64,000 nt of DNA from Ostrea edulis (taxonomy: Eukaryota): the NCBI RefSeq assembly GCF_947568905.1, contig NC_079171.1, forward strand, positions 31,930,001 to 31,994,000. Reading direction: 5' to 3'. The notes under the pieces are model-generated. The model worked only from the letters and a program-made list of their open reading frames with translations, made no database searches and was not told the origin of the DNA. Made by a program: the position numbers and the translations under genes. Below are positions 24,206 through 37,159 of this stretch, in pieces. Position 1 is the first letter of the stretch. Each line of letters opens with the position of its first letter.

Positions 24206-24698
24206 GGTGTTCTAATTGAATGTTCTTAAACTCCAAGACGAGAATGACAGACAGTTACACAGTACCAGTGTCTATAAATTCATTCTGTCGGGCATTATTG
24301 ATAAGACAGCTGTACTTTTAGGGTCATCACTACTTTATCAACGATATAAAATACTTGCAATGAATATAATTATGTATGATTTAGCATTTAGCAGGATTAA
24401 ATTTCTTTTAAAAAGTGCGATTCTATAAAAAAAAATTCCAACCAATTCGTGAAAGTAACCGTAAACATATCAATCTTGAAAAAAAACTGATCAATCACAT
24501 GACTTCTATACACCAAACACGTAAACTACAAGTAATATATGTACATTGATTAGTATAGCAAAAGTCAGTGGTCATCACAAATGCTTATATATAGCAGAAA
24601 CTGAAAATGCAGAACAACTTATGAATGTGATTGGGAAACCACATATTTTGAATACATCATTGGGTGAATATATATTTATTTTCAATGGGTAAAAGTGT

Positions 24699-24729
<31 letters not shown>

Positions 24730-24796
24730 GGGGGGGTTGTTACATAAGATCTAAATTCTTGCGTAACGCGCATTTTGGTGAAATATGGTTTTAAGG

Positions 24797-24950
24797 AAAG
24801 GTTAAGATAACGAACAGTGATCAAGTTCGCAACTCCTATAAGAATAAACTATTAAAATTTGGGCAAACATATATCCTTTGACATACCAGAGGTGCGATCA
24901 GGTACCTAGAAAAAGTAATTATCCCCCGTCGATCGGTCACACTCGCCATG
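24797..24950 (-). mobile_element. Penelope-like (Naiad-type) element, 3' terminal fragment
   Basis: Diverged reverse-complement copy of the shared terminal repeat. Confidence 0.75.
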
Positions 24951-25949
24951 ATGAATTACATATTTTATTTCCAAACGTGAAACTTTTTAAAATTCATTTG
25001 TCATGTTAGCTAAGTGGAAGGACTTGTAGAATGTGCGTTTGAATCTCATATTTTGTTATTCATCTTAAAGTGCAACTCTTTACGCAGGCACCCACAGTGT
25101 AAATAACGTCTCTCTCTCTCTCGACTTGACGGAAAAGGTCGAGTAATAATTCGACTGCACTTACAAGCAAATCCTGCTGGTGAGTGAATGCCTCAAAGCA
25201 TCTAGAAAATTCAAACAGAGCAGAGGTCAGAGTTTTTGCTACCCTTGACGATAGCGATTTTGAGAAGAAAATATAGGGCAGATATTTTGCAGTTTGTATC
25301 CATGATCACTAAACGAGCCCTAACACTCGACCAAACTGGATGTCTCTCTGTTAAAATTCATTGACTATGCACCTATTAGATGCGGTAAAATATATAAACG
25401 CTTGGTCTTGCATTGAACATTTTGGCCTGATGAGTTGAAGTCATATCTGAGAAGATATAGAAACTGTCTCTATTGTTAATGCACGATGGACAAAAACCGA
25501 GATTTCACTATGAGCTTACCCGCGTGTCTCTTACTGAAGCCTAGTAGATCATGGACCAAATGACTCAAATACTTAATCATGATAACAATATCACAATCTT
25601 CTCATCTATAACAACAAAATCATTTTTGTTTTAATATTATCCATTTATTGCATTCTGTTTCACAGACAATAAAACTTCCACTCATTCTATATATAAACTT
25701 GATGTATATATCATACAAATCAATCACAGTTACCATAGCAACCTCAATACTGGCGTAAATAAAATAATAATAAATGGATGGAGTCGCAACAAAAATATAG
25801 CAAGCCAATAGTTACTCTCACCGAATTGACACCCGAGAGGAGAGGTACAGACATTTTCAATTACATTCACCATGACTACCTTTATGGGTAAGTTTGTGTT
25901 GGCAGGGAAAGCTACATCAAATGTTAGAATGAAATTGATAAAATCAGCC

Positions 25950-26220
25950 AACAGTAACTCTTCAACACAACATCGATAGATACAAAATATACACAATGAC
26001 ATAAATTCCTCCAAATGATTGGTGTCCGCTTACAACAGAGGCATGATGTATCTCTCTCATAACATGGTCAGTGGATCTGTCACGATTACATTGTACTACC
26101 AGTGTCAGAATGAAACGGTTATCATCTTCTGAAAGCCAAGCAGACAGCTCACCAATTGAAATTCAAGAATACTTCATTACAAAAGAGTATCTGCCTGGAC
26201 ATATCTATCGAACCCCTGCA
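25950..26220 (+). mobile_element. Possible decayed CR1-type LINE 3' end
   Basis: Frameshifted fragments W.PLQQR, NMVSG, DYIVLPVSE, NGYHL, NTSLQKS resemble CR1 ORF2 C-termini; heavily degenerate. Confidence 0.4.
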
Positions 26221-27894
26221 AAACAGGGCCGTCACGGTACTTTCTGGTTCTGCAGGGACGTCACAGTGAATTGTGGTATGGAATTGCGTCTCCTTACAAT
26301 GGGAAATGCATTGTCATTTTTTTTAATAGGAAAAATTGAGTTTCACATCCAAATGAAGTTTAAAACAAAAGAATAATAGAACAACGATTCATTTTTAACA
26401 TTCAATATGTGCCTGTCAGTTTATATTGTATAATATATTTTGGTTATAAAATTGGGAAAATGAACCACTTTTTAATCATTGGGAATGAGTCAAATATGCG
26501 ATATAACTTTGAGGAGAGTGACCGCCCTGCAAAGGAGCAGTACGTGGATTGTAATGATTTTTTTTTTCATTTAAAGCGAGACCCAGAGATTCTAATACCG
26601 TAGATAGTTAGATTGAATTAATATATATTTCTTGATTCCTAACATCACTTTGAAAAATACGATGTTAATTGCATGAAAATAAGTTTCTAAATGAAATGTA
26701 CTTGTGTATTTATCAATAGATATACAGTTAATAAATATTGATATTGCGTCAGTTAGTCATATGTTTGATATGAGTAAAAAATATTTTAAACACACTTCAC
26801 GAATATATGTAAGCATTGTCTGTATATACATATCTATGTATAAGACATTAAATATATAAAATCACCGAAAAAAACGAAAGTATTCCAAACATACTAGCAC
26901 AGGAAAAATTGTACAGTAAAAAATGACATAGACATATTGCACATACTTCAGATTTTGTCGATAATGGTACACATCCTGGGTGATAAATAATAACTGACAT
27001 ATAAAAAAAAGCAGCTTAGAAAATACAACAGCTCCAGTTTGATATAAAAATGATCAACATGAATTTCATAATTGTGGTCCCTGCTTGTATGTATTACAAG
27101 GGAGGGGTGGGGGTTCCCATCCTTACTCTTGTCTAAACCCTCCTACCCCTAACACTACTTCATAACTCTTCTTCATATTGCATTGTTCAAGAATAAAAAT
27201 GTATACCTCCTATTTTCCCCTATCTATCCCCCCACATTTGAATTTTTTTTTTACTCTATCACATTTCGCAATAAAAAATGTGTTTCTCATTTTTTTTTTT
27301 TTTTTTTTTTGTAGAAGATGCACTGTTTTGTAGAGAACATACAATGAAAATGGAAAACTACTCTCAGAAATCACAGAAGTGGATCTATAAGTTTGTGAAA
27401 GTGGGACAACTACCCCACTGCTTTTACAAAAGTGTGTGATGTGTGTAGGGAGAGAGGGGGTGGGGATATTTGTGTTAAGTAATTATGCAAATTCATGTAA
27501 TGTCAATCACACATTATAGTATACATATAGGTATCTCATTAATAAAACTGGAGAAATGTTTGTATATGCATGCATCATGTATAATGCTTATCATTAGATT
27601 TACAACATTAACTATCTTTTGATCTAATATAATACAGTAAAATAAAATACCAGTATATTTTTAATTACAAGGGCAAGGGGACTGGGGTATACTTTATTTT
27701 TTGATTTGGTCGAGTTCAAAAATTTAATTAAAAACTAGAACTACAGAAAATAAATTAATATGATCTAAAAATTATAAAAACAAATCAAATCAAGCTCCAT
27801 AACAACAAAATGAGAATAGGCTAAACTGAAAAATAACAATTTAACCCGTGGCATCTTAAGCACATATGTGACGTCAATAATATATCATTTTCAA

Positions 27895-27970
27895 GCAGTC
27901 GGAGATCGAATCCATTAAGATCGAAACCTTTGCATTACTAGTTAGACGATCTAACGACTGAACTACTCAC
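27895..27970 (-). pseudogene. tRNA-Thr(AGT)-like relic
   Basis: Minus strand TAGTTCAGTCGTTAGA (A box), CTAGTAA loop, GGATTCGATC (B-box-like); stems do not pair fully. Confidence 0.4.
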
Positions 27971-29221
27971 ACTAATAAACAAAGCATGGTAATATTACTA
28001 CTATATAAAATTTAAACCGATTTCTCAAGGAGAGGAAAAAATTATTTTTGAGAAAATGTCAGAAACGTTGCATTAATTATGTTCTTAAAATCTCCTAAAT
28101 ATTTAATCCCATTTGACATGTAATCTCCGTAATAAGAATCTGATTGAGTTATGTCAACATTTCTTCATTTGATGTATTAGTCTATTCTCACTTAGCTGTG
28201 TAACCCTTTCTCAGTACAGTTGTAGTATTAATAATGTATCATATTGCACAGCTAAAACCCTAACCCTGCATAAAGCTAGGCAGAAGTTGCAAATAGATTT
28301 GGGATTAAAAAAGACAAAAGCAAATCAAAAATTAAAAAAAAGTTATTAAAATCAGCAGCATTCATACAGGTATTTTAAATTTCATTCTATATAAATTAAC
28401 CAAAGTAAAATAGTTTTTAAAAAATCATTAACAATCAAAGAGAGATAACTCTTTGAATCTTCTCCACAAAATACTGCCAGAAGCACAACATTTACATATT
28501 TTATAAAATTCTTTTACAACTCTGTCCATTTAACTTTAAGGCAGCAAAATCAGTTAACACAATATTATTGACATCATCATTAAACCAAACATTTTATGTC
28601 TACAAAGTTCATCAATCATTTTGAGAGAATTTTTATCTACATTGAGGAATATCCGATTACTCTGCATGGAGATCTATTTTTACAAATTCCATGAATGATT
28701 GCATACAACCTGCTGCAAGCAAATGCATTGAATCTACAACTCTCTCTTTCTCCTCCATCAAATCCATGACTGTAATGGATATAGCAATGAATGTCAGCAC
28801 AACCCGAGACAAATATCTAAATAACACATTTAAAATATCTATACAGAAATATCTATTTAGGATTTAACAAATATTAAAAAACAAAACAATTCAAGTTCCT
28901 TAATACTGGGGAAAAAAGGCGAAAAGAAATATATAATATGGAGATTCCATTTTATAATGCATCAACAGTAGATCTAGAGACAGTTTGTAGATAAAATTAC
29001 TTTGTAAGAGAAAATAAACTTCAAAGACCTGTTGTATACACCTTACACACAGGGAACAAAGAATGATTGAGACACCTATTTTTTTTAAAAATCAAAATCA
29101 GATTTTGGGTTTCCCTCTCTCAGACCTGATCAATGGAGGGAGAGGTGAATAGAATAAATTTTTTTGAAATGTATAGCACTATCAACTATCAAAGTCTACT
29201 GAACATTGATACAATTAATAT

Positions 29222-29325
29222 ACACAGTGGTGGATCCAAGATATCAAGTCTAATTAACACACAGTAGTGGATCCAAGATATCAAGTCTAATTAACACACA
29301 GTGGTGGATCCAAGATATCAAGTCT
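29222..29325. repeat. 37-bp tandem repeat, about 3 copies
   Basis: ACACAGTGGTGGATCCAAGATATCAAGTCTAATTAAC repeated directly, no spacers. Confidence 0.95.
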
Positions 29326-29849
29326 TTTCTGAGATTTCGTTCAATGCATCAATGTTGACTTTTAGAATTATATCTGTATATGACACAAGTACATCTTGTG
29401 AAACATTGAACAAGACCACTAAATCACTAAAGGTGTATTGCTGTTATCATAATTTCATAGTGATTTTATAGTGATTATAAAGTGATTTTATACAAGTAGT
29501 GATTTTATAGTGATTGCAGTAGATCGCCAGTACAAGTGTATAGCTTTACGAACTGATCGGGCAATTTTCTCAAATTGTCATAATTGTGTCAAAAGAGTTA
29601 ATGAGAAATTCATGTATTCAATGACTTTTTCCTTTGCATGCAATTGCAAATACATGTATACACTAACGGCACTGTTTTAAAATCATCATGATCATACAAA
29701 ATTTAGGACATTTTCACATGTTACACCAGACTTGTCCTAAATCAGAGATAAGAAATAAGGTGTGTGTGTGATATCACAATGACTAACAGCACTAGACTTC
29801 AGTAGAAACTTGTGTTATACCATTAAGGTGTGTGTGTGTGTGTGTGATA

Positions 29850-32800
29850 TCAGAATGACATGTGTGTCCTGACACACTCAGACAGACTAACAGCACTAGA
29901 CTTCAGTAGAAACTTCATCCTGTAGAATTCTTTAATGGAGTACTTCCTCGTCTCCGCGGAGGACACCAGGGCAAACCCATGCACCATCCCTGCACGTTCT
30001 TTCTCTAGCCACATGGACAGTTTAGGTTCCAGGCTACTGGTCCTCTCTAGTCCGCCCTGCCAGGACGTTTCACTCGGTCCCCACAATAAAAACTCCACGT
30101 AACTGCGAATCAACGATAAAATCTCTATCTTACGACTCTGTAACATTTTTTGCACTCTGAGCACACCCCCGACAAATTTTCCAAATTCATATTCACTTAG
30201 ACTGGCCATGTTTTCCATGAGATATTTATCCAGGAAACCGAACACCGTATCCACATGGGAGCCATCATGTGACCGCTGATGGGGAAGGAATGCCACAATG
30301 TTACCATGAGAACAGTTGCTATTGGAAACCATAAACACATCTCGGAAGTTAGCATCCCCGAGACTGAATCCTTGGTCAAGACAATGAGAGATGGCACTGA
30401 GAATCTGCAACATAAAAAACAGAACGTTTTCCATCATGTCCTCTACAGTTAGCATCACCTGACTGTTCCCATGACGAATAGAGGTCATGTGATTGGAAAG
30501 ACTGTCAGAGATGTCAAATTGTCCAACCGCCACAAAACACTTGGCAGAATTTGATTGGTTGGTATGGAGATTGAGAAGAAGCTGGTTGGTTTTGATGAAG
30601 TCCTCCGTGAGATAGGAGTAAGGTACCGAATCGGAGAAAATTACGGTGGGTTTCAGCAGTGTTGCATGATGGGAAGACATCAGATCAGGCTTGGTGTGCT
30701 GGAGCTAGAAAAAGATAAGGATTTAGGGTTGTGATACTGTGAACAGTAATGGTGAAATAGCACATCAGATTGATAATAAGATTTCAAATCTTTTACACTT
30801 CCTTCATCTTGCTTAAACTATGAATTGCTATTTTCAGTACAGATTAGGGCTGCAATGGGTACCCGAAATAACCGAAAACCATGGGTCATGTTGTTCGGGT
30901 CAGGTTCGGTTCCATTTTTCCATATTTCGGTTCGGGTTTAGTTTTTAAAATAGAATCATTATTAGAAATCCGTATAAATGAAATGTCGTCAAAATCCTCA
31001 AAGGTGGTGGTATTTTGATCAATTGTTAAATGATGGCATTGTGGACAAAACTGTGAATAATGACAGTATATTCAAGATATGTCAGACGCATTGAAAATAC
31101 GCTACAGGATCAACATCGTCAATGACAAAACATTGGAAACGAGTAGAAGTGACAATGCTGTTTCTACAGTGTAGTACCATGGATGTCGAGTCTAAACCTC
31201 AGTCCACGTCCCCGAGTAATTATTGTGACAAAATACAATAAAGGTTTTCGATTTTAACTGTATATTAGATTTTTAAAATAGTTATATAGACCCGAACCGA
31301 AATTACCGAACCCAAAGTAAAAAATTTAGAACCGACCCGACCCGAAAACTTTTGGAACCGTTACAGCCCTAGTAAGGCTTTCACAATACTTAAAACAAGA
31401 TGCCTTTTCTTAAAATATCAAAGTAGCTTCAGGTTATGTCTTATCACAATTTGTTTCAATATCACCGTATACAGCATCATTTCATTACCGTTTTACTAAA
31501 AGGTACATGTTACCATAGTAACTGTGTGTCTTACCATGAGTTGACAGTTTGTAGTGCTTAGTCTCAGCTTGGCATTGTACACAACACAGCGCTCCGACGA
31601 GTGAACAGGTTTCCCGTAGATATCGAAATCTGTCCACTTCAGCGGACCCGCAGTGGGAACTCCCAGCGACACGGGCTCCTTGACAAAGATCCGTTCGTAT
31701 TGAGTATAAATGTCCCGCAGGGTCTGAAGGTTCATGGAAGTTAGCTGGTTCAGCATGTCTCTAAGCTGGTTCTCATTGAGAGCTGACGTAATGCTCGGTC
31801 GATTCATGGCAATGTAAGGCTGCTCAAAAGAATTGCTCTCTCGTTTGGATCGTTTCCGAGGTAACGGTTTGGGTCGACTAAGAGTGCTGCACTGTGATGA
31901 TGGTTCAGAACCAGACGACATTCCCATCTGGGACGGTGAAGCCGGTGGAAAGTCCATTGAAATCATAGACTCGTTCATATCGATAGTCAAGCTCTCATTC
32001 ATGGACCTGTGCATATCTTTGGACAGGGTATCTGTCACTGATCTTTGCATATCCATAATGTTATGAACCTGTTTAGGAGGTTCTTTTCCATACCCATTAA
32101 TTTCCTCATAAATAGGCTGGGAGGCCAAAATCCTCTCTCTCTCATCAGAAATCTCTGTTTTCGGTGGATTTGTCTGTACACTATTAACACCGACTTCCTC
32201 CCCTTCTGTCGTCTCCATGGAAACTTGGGGAGCCTCCTCAGGTTTCTGGTCACTGGTTGCTGTGGTCACTACTGACCGCTTCGAGACTGGTTCCAGGTAT
32301 CCCTCGCTGGGTGATTTAGGAACAGACAGCGTTGTGCTGTGCGGTGCTGTCTGGTCGCCCTCACCCTGAGGTCCTGAGGGGGGTGGGGGAGGAGGTTCCT
32401 TTGGGATGATTGGTTCATAAACATTTTCAAGTGAACCAAGTGGAGATAACTCGGGCCACTCATCATACTTTTCTGCTGTCGATCCTGAAGAAGTAGATTC
32501 TCCTAAGAAAAAAAAACACCCACAAGATTTAAATGTAAGCAGATGCTTATTTCTTAGAAAATAGTGAAAATAATTCATAACTGGATACTTCTGCTTAATT
32601 ACATGTACTAGTAGTAAAAGCTTGACACTTGTTGCCAATATATTCTAAAACGATGATGGAACATAAAACAAACCATCTCTAGTGTTCTACGGTGTCCGTG
32701 TTTGCCCTGTTCTCGATTTTGTATTCTTTATGAAAAGGTGAAGATAACGAACAGCGATTGATCTCCTTACTCCTATAAGGAATGCAAAATAAAGAGTTGG

Positions 32801-35800
32801 ACAAACACGGACCCCTGGATATACCAGAGGTGGGATCAGGTACCAATGAGGAGTAAGCATCCCCTGTCGACCAGTCATACCCGCCAAGAGTTCTGTATCT
32901 TGATCAGGTATTTTAAGTCAAAATCAGTGAACCAGGAACGGCCTAACAATCGGTATAAAATCTAAGAGAGTGATTACCGTTCGTTATCTTCACCTTTTAT
33001 CATGTTAAAGGTCTTTCTACACTAAAGTTCTCTTTCATATATTTCATGTAAATCACCACAACATATTAATTTCAAAGTTTACATCAATTAAGACGGACAC
33101 CCCAGGACACTTACCGGATACCATGGAGGGGTCATCCCCAATAGCGATGGTGTTCCTGCGATTTAGCGACGATCCCCCTGTCATTGAAGTTATCAGCTGG
33201 AAAACAACAAACAAAACATCATTCCTGATTTATAACTCTTAATTAAGCATGTTTCTTGGCATACTTTACTATAAACATGTGTTTTGGCATAATCTACTAT
33301 AAACTTGTTTCTTGACATTCTTTACTAAACAGGTATCTTGACATTTTTTTTACTATAAACACGTTTCTTGGCGTAATCTACTATGACTAATGATGCAGGC
33401 CGTCATACTCACCACTGGTCCCGATATATCAGAGGGGTCGATTTTCTTGACCTGTAGCTCCCCGCCATTCTCGGTGATTGATTTGGTCCGTTTTACAGAA
33501 GAGCTTGGCGGCCGGGGAGGGGCTCTGGATTTTTTGTTCCCCAGTTTTCCCAGAAAACTCTTGCGACTGGCTGCCCTGGGTAATTCAATTTTCTCTGCGG
33601 GAGCTAGGTCTGCTTCCTCCTTCTTCTCCTCTTTTAATTCTGTAAAACAAAAAAAAAATTAAAGCTTGGATATGAAACTTCTCACTTTTTCATGTTAATT
33701 ACATTATATAATTATAGAATATTTCACATCATTTCATAGACCAATATTGCATTTTAGCAAGTGTTTCTTTTTTGTATATAAAGTTACTAAAATATATAAT
33801 GTTTTTATTTCTGTATAAAAGACATCAGGTCATGTGACACAAACTTGAAACAGTTAACTTGCCGCATCAGAATGGAGCAACAAGATAAGTATTTAGTTGC
33901 ATCAAATGTAGTTAGCAATGTGACCCAAAGTCTTTCCAGACCTTGAACTGGCACGGCAGAATTTAAATACGTAACCAACCCCAATAGAGATTTCGTTTCA
34001 TAGATATCTAGAGCAGGGGGATTCTCTTCATTCATGTCATGTTAAAATCATAAAAGTAACTCTGTGAAACACACAGGTCACTCATGACATGTGATATGAC
34101 TATTACAAACCACTCCACTGTAGACAGACGATTGAAGTTGTAACCAAGACGAAAAATGTAAACACAATAATTAGTCACAAATAATATCTGGTTAAGAGTA
34201 TTTCATTCTAAAACATTCATAAGGTTATGAAGTGAAGACCTGAATTCAAAAGTTATTCTGATGGAAAGCTCACACAATGCATCAAATACTGATGAGCCTC
34301 ACCTTCATTACTTCATGAATTTTTCAGTGAAATAAACTTCTAAGCACAACTAGATATCATAGAAAGACTAAGTTCTTTGAAAGAATACAACAACAACCCC
34401 CCTTCCAATTTTGTTTAGAATTTCGATGTGGCTCATATTCTGAGAGAACTTGTAGATGTACAAAATGTGAACATAACACGTACATGCTGATTTGTAAAAT
34501 AAGGCAACTTCACATTCTATGGTTACTTACTTAAGTACTGCAAAGAATTTTAAGAAGAGAAATCCAACAGTTGCATACCTGTTGACTGGTTCACCTGCCC
34601 TGTTGTCTGAGCTGGTGAAGCCTCTTGTTTAACAGTTGTCTGGTTCCCCCGCCCAGTTGTCTGAGCTGGTAGGGTTTCTGCTTTAACACTTGCGACAGGA
34701 GGTTGTGGGGCCAACTTCTTGGCATCTGCACTCGGTTTCTGACCAGCAGGACTGGCACTGACCTTGGAATCCAAGGTCTTACTAAGTCTCATTTCCAGTT
34801 CTTTGGTAAACATGACATTTTTGCTATCTAAGCTTTTTGCAGAAGAGGACGGTTTCAGCGGTGCGGAGACTCGCTTCGGACTCTTGGCTCTTCGTCTGAC
34901 CACCTGCTGACCGTCCAAGTCTCTCTTAGGGCTGTCTTCTTTAGACAGAGTTCTAGCTATCTCCCTTTCCAGACTTCCTTTATCTGACCTTTCCAAACTT
35001 CCTGTCCTGCTGTCCGTCTCCGATCCCCTTCTTTCCGGTCCGTCTGTTGAGTGTGACCGGGACTCCTTGGCTTCATGCTGGGGTGAAACTGTGGGTCGTT
35101 TTGGGTTTGGTGGTGGTTTGGGTCGTGTGGGAACACTTGGTTTCACAACTGGAGCACATTCAATGGACTTCCCTTCACCTTTAGTTTCACTTTCATCTAC
35201 AATAACACTGCTGGTCATACTTTCGCTTTCAGTATTTTCCTTCTCCTCTAGTTGGTTACCTTGTGGTCCATTAAATAAGGTTGAGGTCTCTGATGCAGAC
35301 ATGATAATACTGGTACGTGACTTTCGACATGAAACAGCGGGAAGGACTTTGGCTTTAACCTGTGGCGATTTTTTCTCCTCTTTTATTTCCACAGGTGATG
35401 ACTCTTTCCTTTTTTCGGGAGTGGCTGTAACTTTTTCGGGAGTGGCTATAACTGGGGTTATGGGTGCACTTGCTCTCTGAGGGGTGGAGACTTCGGGAAT
35501 TTGCTCCGTGGAACTCTCTGGCGAATCTTTACCTCTGCGTAGGAAACTTTTGAAAAAGGAAGTGATCCCTTTTTTCCCTTTGTTGTTATCACTCTTAGGT
35601 TTATTATCAATTAAATCATCATGAAAATCACCTGAGCGTTTGGGTGAAAGGGGTTTCTCATGGTTATTGCCAATGATAGATTTCCCAATGGGTACCATTT
35701 TAAAATTTGGTTCGAAAAAGTTCTGTGAATTTGAGGGTGATGATTTTTTTGATGACTGGTCACTAATCACACTTGAACTACTTCTGGTGGTGGGTTGAGG

Positions 35801-37159
35801 GGGAGGAGCCACTGGTGGCCTAGGGGCAGGGCGCTTCTTCTTTCTTATATCTGTGGCCAGAGACACAATCTTTGCCTCTAACTCTTTCGACTTTATACTC
35901 CCTTTTGGAATTCTTAGGCTTTCTAAAATTTTCTCGCAGTTTTCCGACGAATCATTGACTGCTGAATCAGGCAGAAAGTCATTGTCTTCAAACCCTTTGA
36001 TTGAAACATTGTCGCTGTAACGAGCCAGGATAGCGTTTAAATGATCCACCAGAGCCATACCAGCAGATGACGAATCAAAGTCAAAATCAGTCGAGAAATT
36101 TTCAAACAAACTCTCAGCATCAAATTTATCCATCTCAAACACATCATCATCTCCATTCTTAAATTCCTCGCCAGATTCACTTAGTGGTACCACATTTACG
36201 TCCATGTATGGTTGTGCCTCAGTTTTCTGTCCGATGTTCCCATTTTCCATTTCAGAGGCAGACCGACTACGACGTTTTTCAAACAGCGAGAAATTTGTCT
36301 CGTAGTGAGCTCCCTCCCCTTCCTCCTCGATTTTATGAAGGTCACAATCTGACGACGATCTTTCTAGTTTATTATCACGGTCAAACATTCTCTCTAATTT
36401 TGACTTTGAGCTTAGAGGTTTCCTTGTCGGAAATGTTCCAAATCGCTGGGAAAATATTTTATCACAGTCTCGTAAAGTTGCGAACCTGTCTTTCTTCCAC
36501 AGGGATGTAAGTTTCACATCCTCAAATTCATGACTTTTGTCCCTCTCATTTGTTTGACGGTCAACACCATTAAGATTTTTCAAATCTGAATTCCAGATCG
36601 TGTTTTGTAAAGCCTGAAGCACAAACTCTCGTTCCTCTTCCGTAAATGAGATATCCTCCCCAGAATCTTCTTCTGCAGGGGGTTCCTCATGGTCTAAAAA
36701 TAGATTGTCGTATCCTCCATCATCACCGATCACAGAAGGTTCTCTCTCTAGAAATTTTATATCAAGACTTTTCTTCCGCGTTTCACCACTTTTGACTAGA
36801 ATGCTTTTCACATGAACGTCTGCCACTTTTGGATGTGATATCACCGGTTTTTGAATTTTTTCTTTTTCCACGGATAAACTCCTAGAAGTCCGTGGTTTTC
36901 GTGGTTCAATTTGTCCATCATTTCGTCCCTCTAACTCTGACAAAATTAACGAAGCGTTGCGTTTTGCCTGGTGTATGACATCATCAGCGATGATCGACGT
37001 CCGTTTTGTGGGGACAGGTGAACTTGTAGACTCTGGGCTGAAATCTCCCACAATGCAGTGCTCTGCTTTGGGTTTTTGGCAGTTTTTACAGAGTTCTTTT
37101 CTCCAAGCATTCTGCGTGAATTCGGCACAAGCAGTGGACATTACGCTCTGAGTGACCAT
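29850..37159 (-). CDS. PEAK1: PEAK1/pragmin (PRAG1)-family pseudokinase scaffold, 1570 aa
   Basis: join(37159-34579, 33639-33413, 33196-33115, 32502-31535, 30704-29850), all GT-AG and phase-compatible, 4713 nt. N-terminal CAEFTQNAWRKELCKNCQKPKAEH matches the PEAK1 N-terminal Cys/His motif; C-terminal helix + degenerate kinase + EFLLWGP..WLEKERAGMV..EFYRMKFL matches the SHED-flanked pseudokinase. Symbol denotes family similarity, not proven orthology. Confidence 0.88.
30845..31371. mobile_element. hAT-like MITE in PEAK-like intron
   Basis: TAGGGCTG(C/T)AA termini inverted, clusters of subterminal CCGAA/TTCGG motifs; 8-bp flanks only 5/8 identical. Confidence 0.75.
32687..32998. mobile_element. 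Two Penelope-like 3' fragments in inverted, nested arrangement
   Basis: Plus-strand fragment 32687-32726 resumes at about 32966-32998; a minus-strand copy occupies about 32733-32958. Confidence 0.8.
33240..33390. repeat. Degenerate about 30-bp intronic minisatellite
   Basis: About five units of ATAAAC.TGTTTCTTG(G/A)CAT..T(A/C)TACT filling most of a short intron. Confidence 0.8.

Noticed and set aside
23343-24215. 290-aa and 123-aa plus-strand ORFs over the C1qDC-3 repeat
   Set aside because: Antisense shadows of the 51-bp coding repeat; no independent signals.
25427-25470. Hammerhead-like CTGATGAG...GAAAC with a GAGA-loop hairpin
   Set aside because: Stem II is not closed adjacent to the core and no stem III/UH partner can be formed.
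33413-33440. CRIB-like DISGPV motif in the PEAK-like protein
   Set aside because: Lacks the downstream F-x-H-x-x-H residues that define a CRIB domain.
35067-36510. Plus-strand ORFs inside the large PEAK-like exon
   Set aside because: Antisense to a well-supported coding exon, no recognisable motifs.
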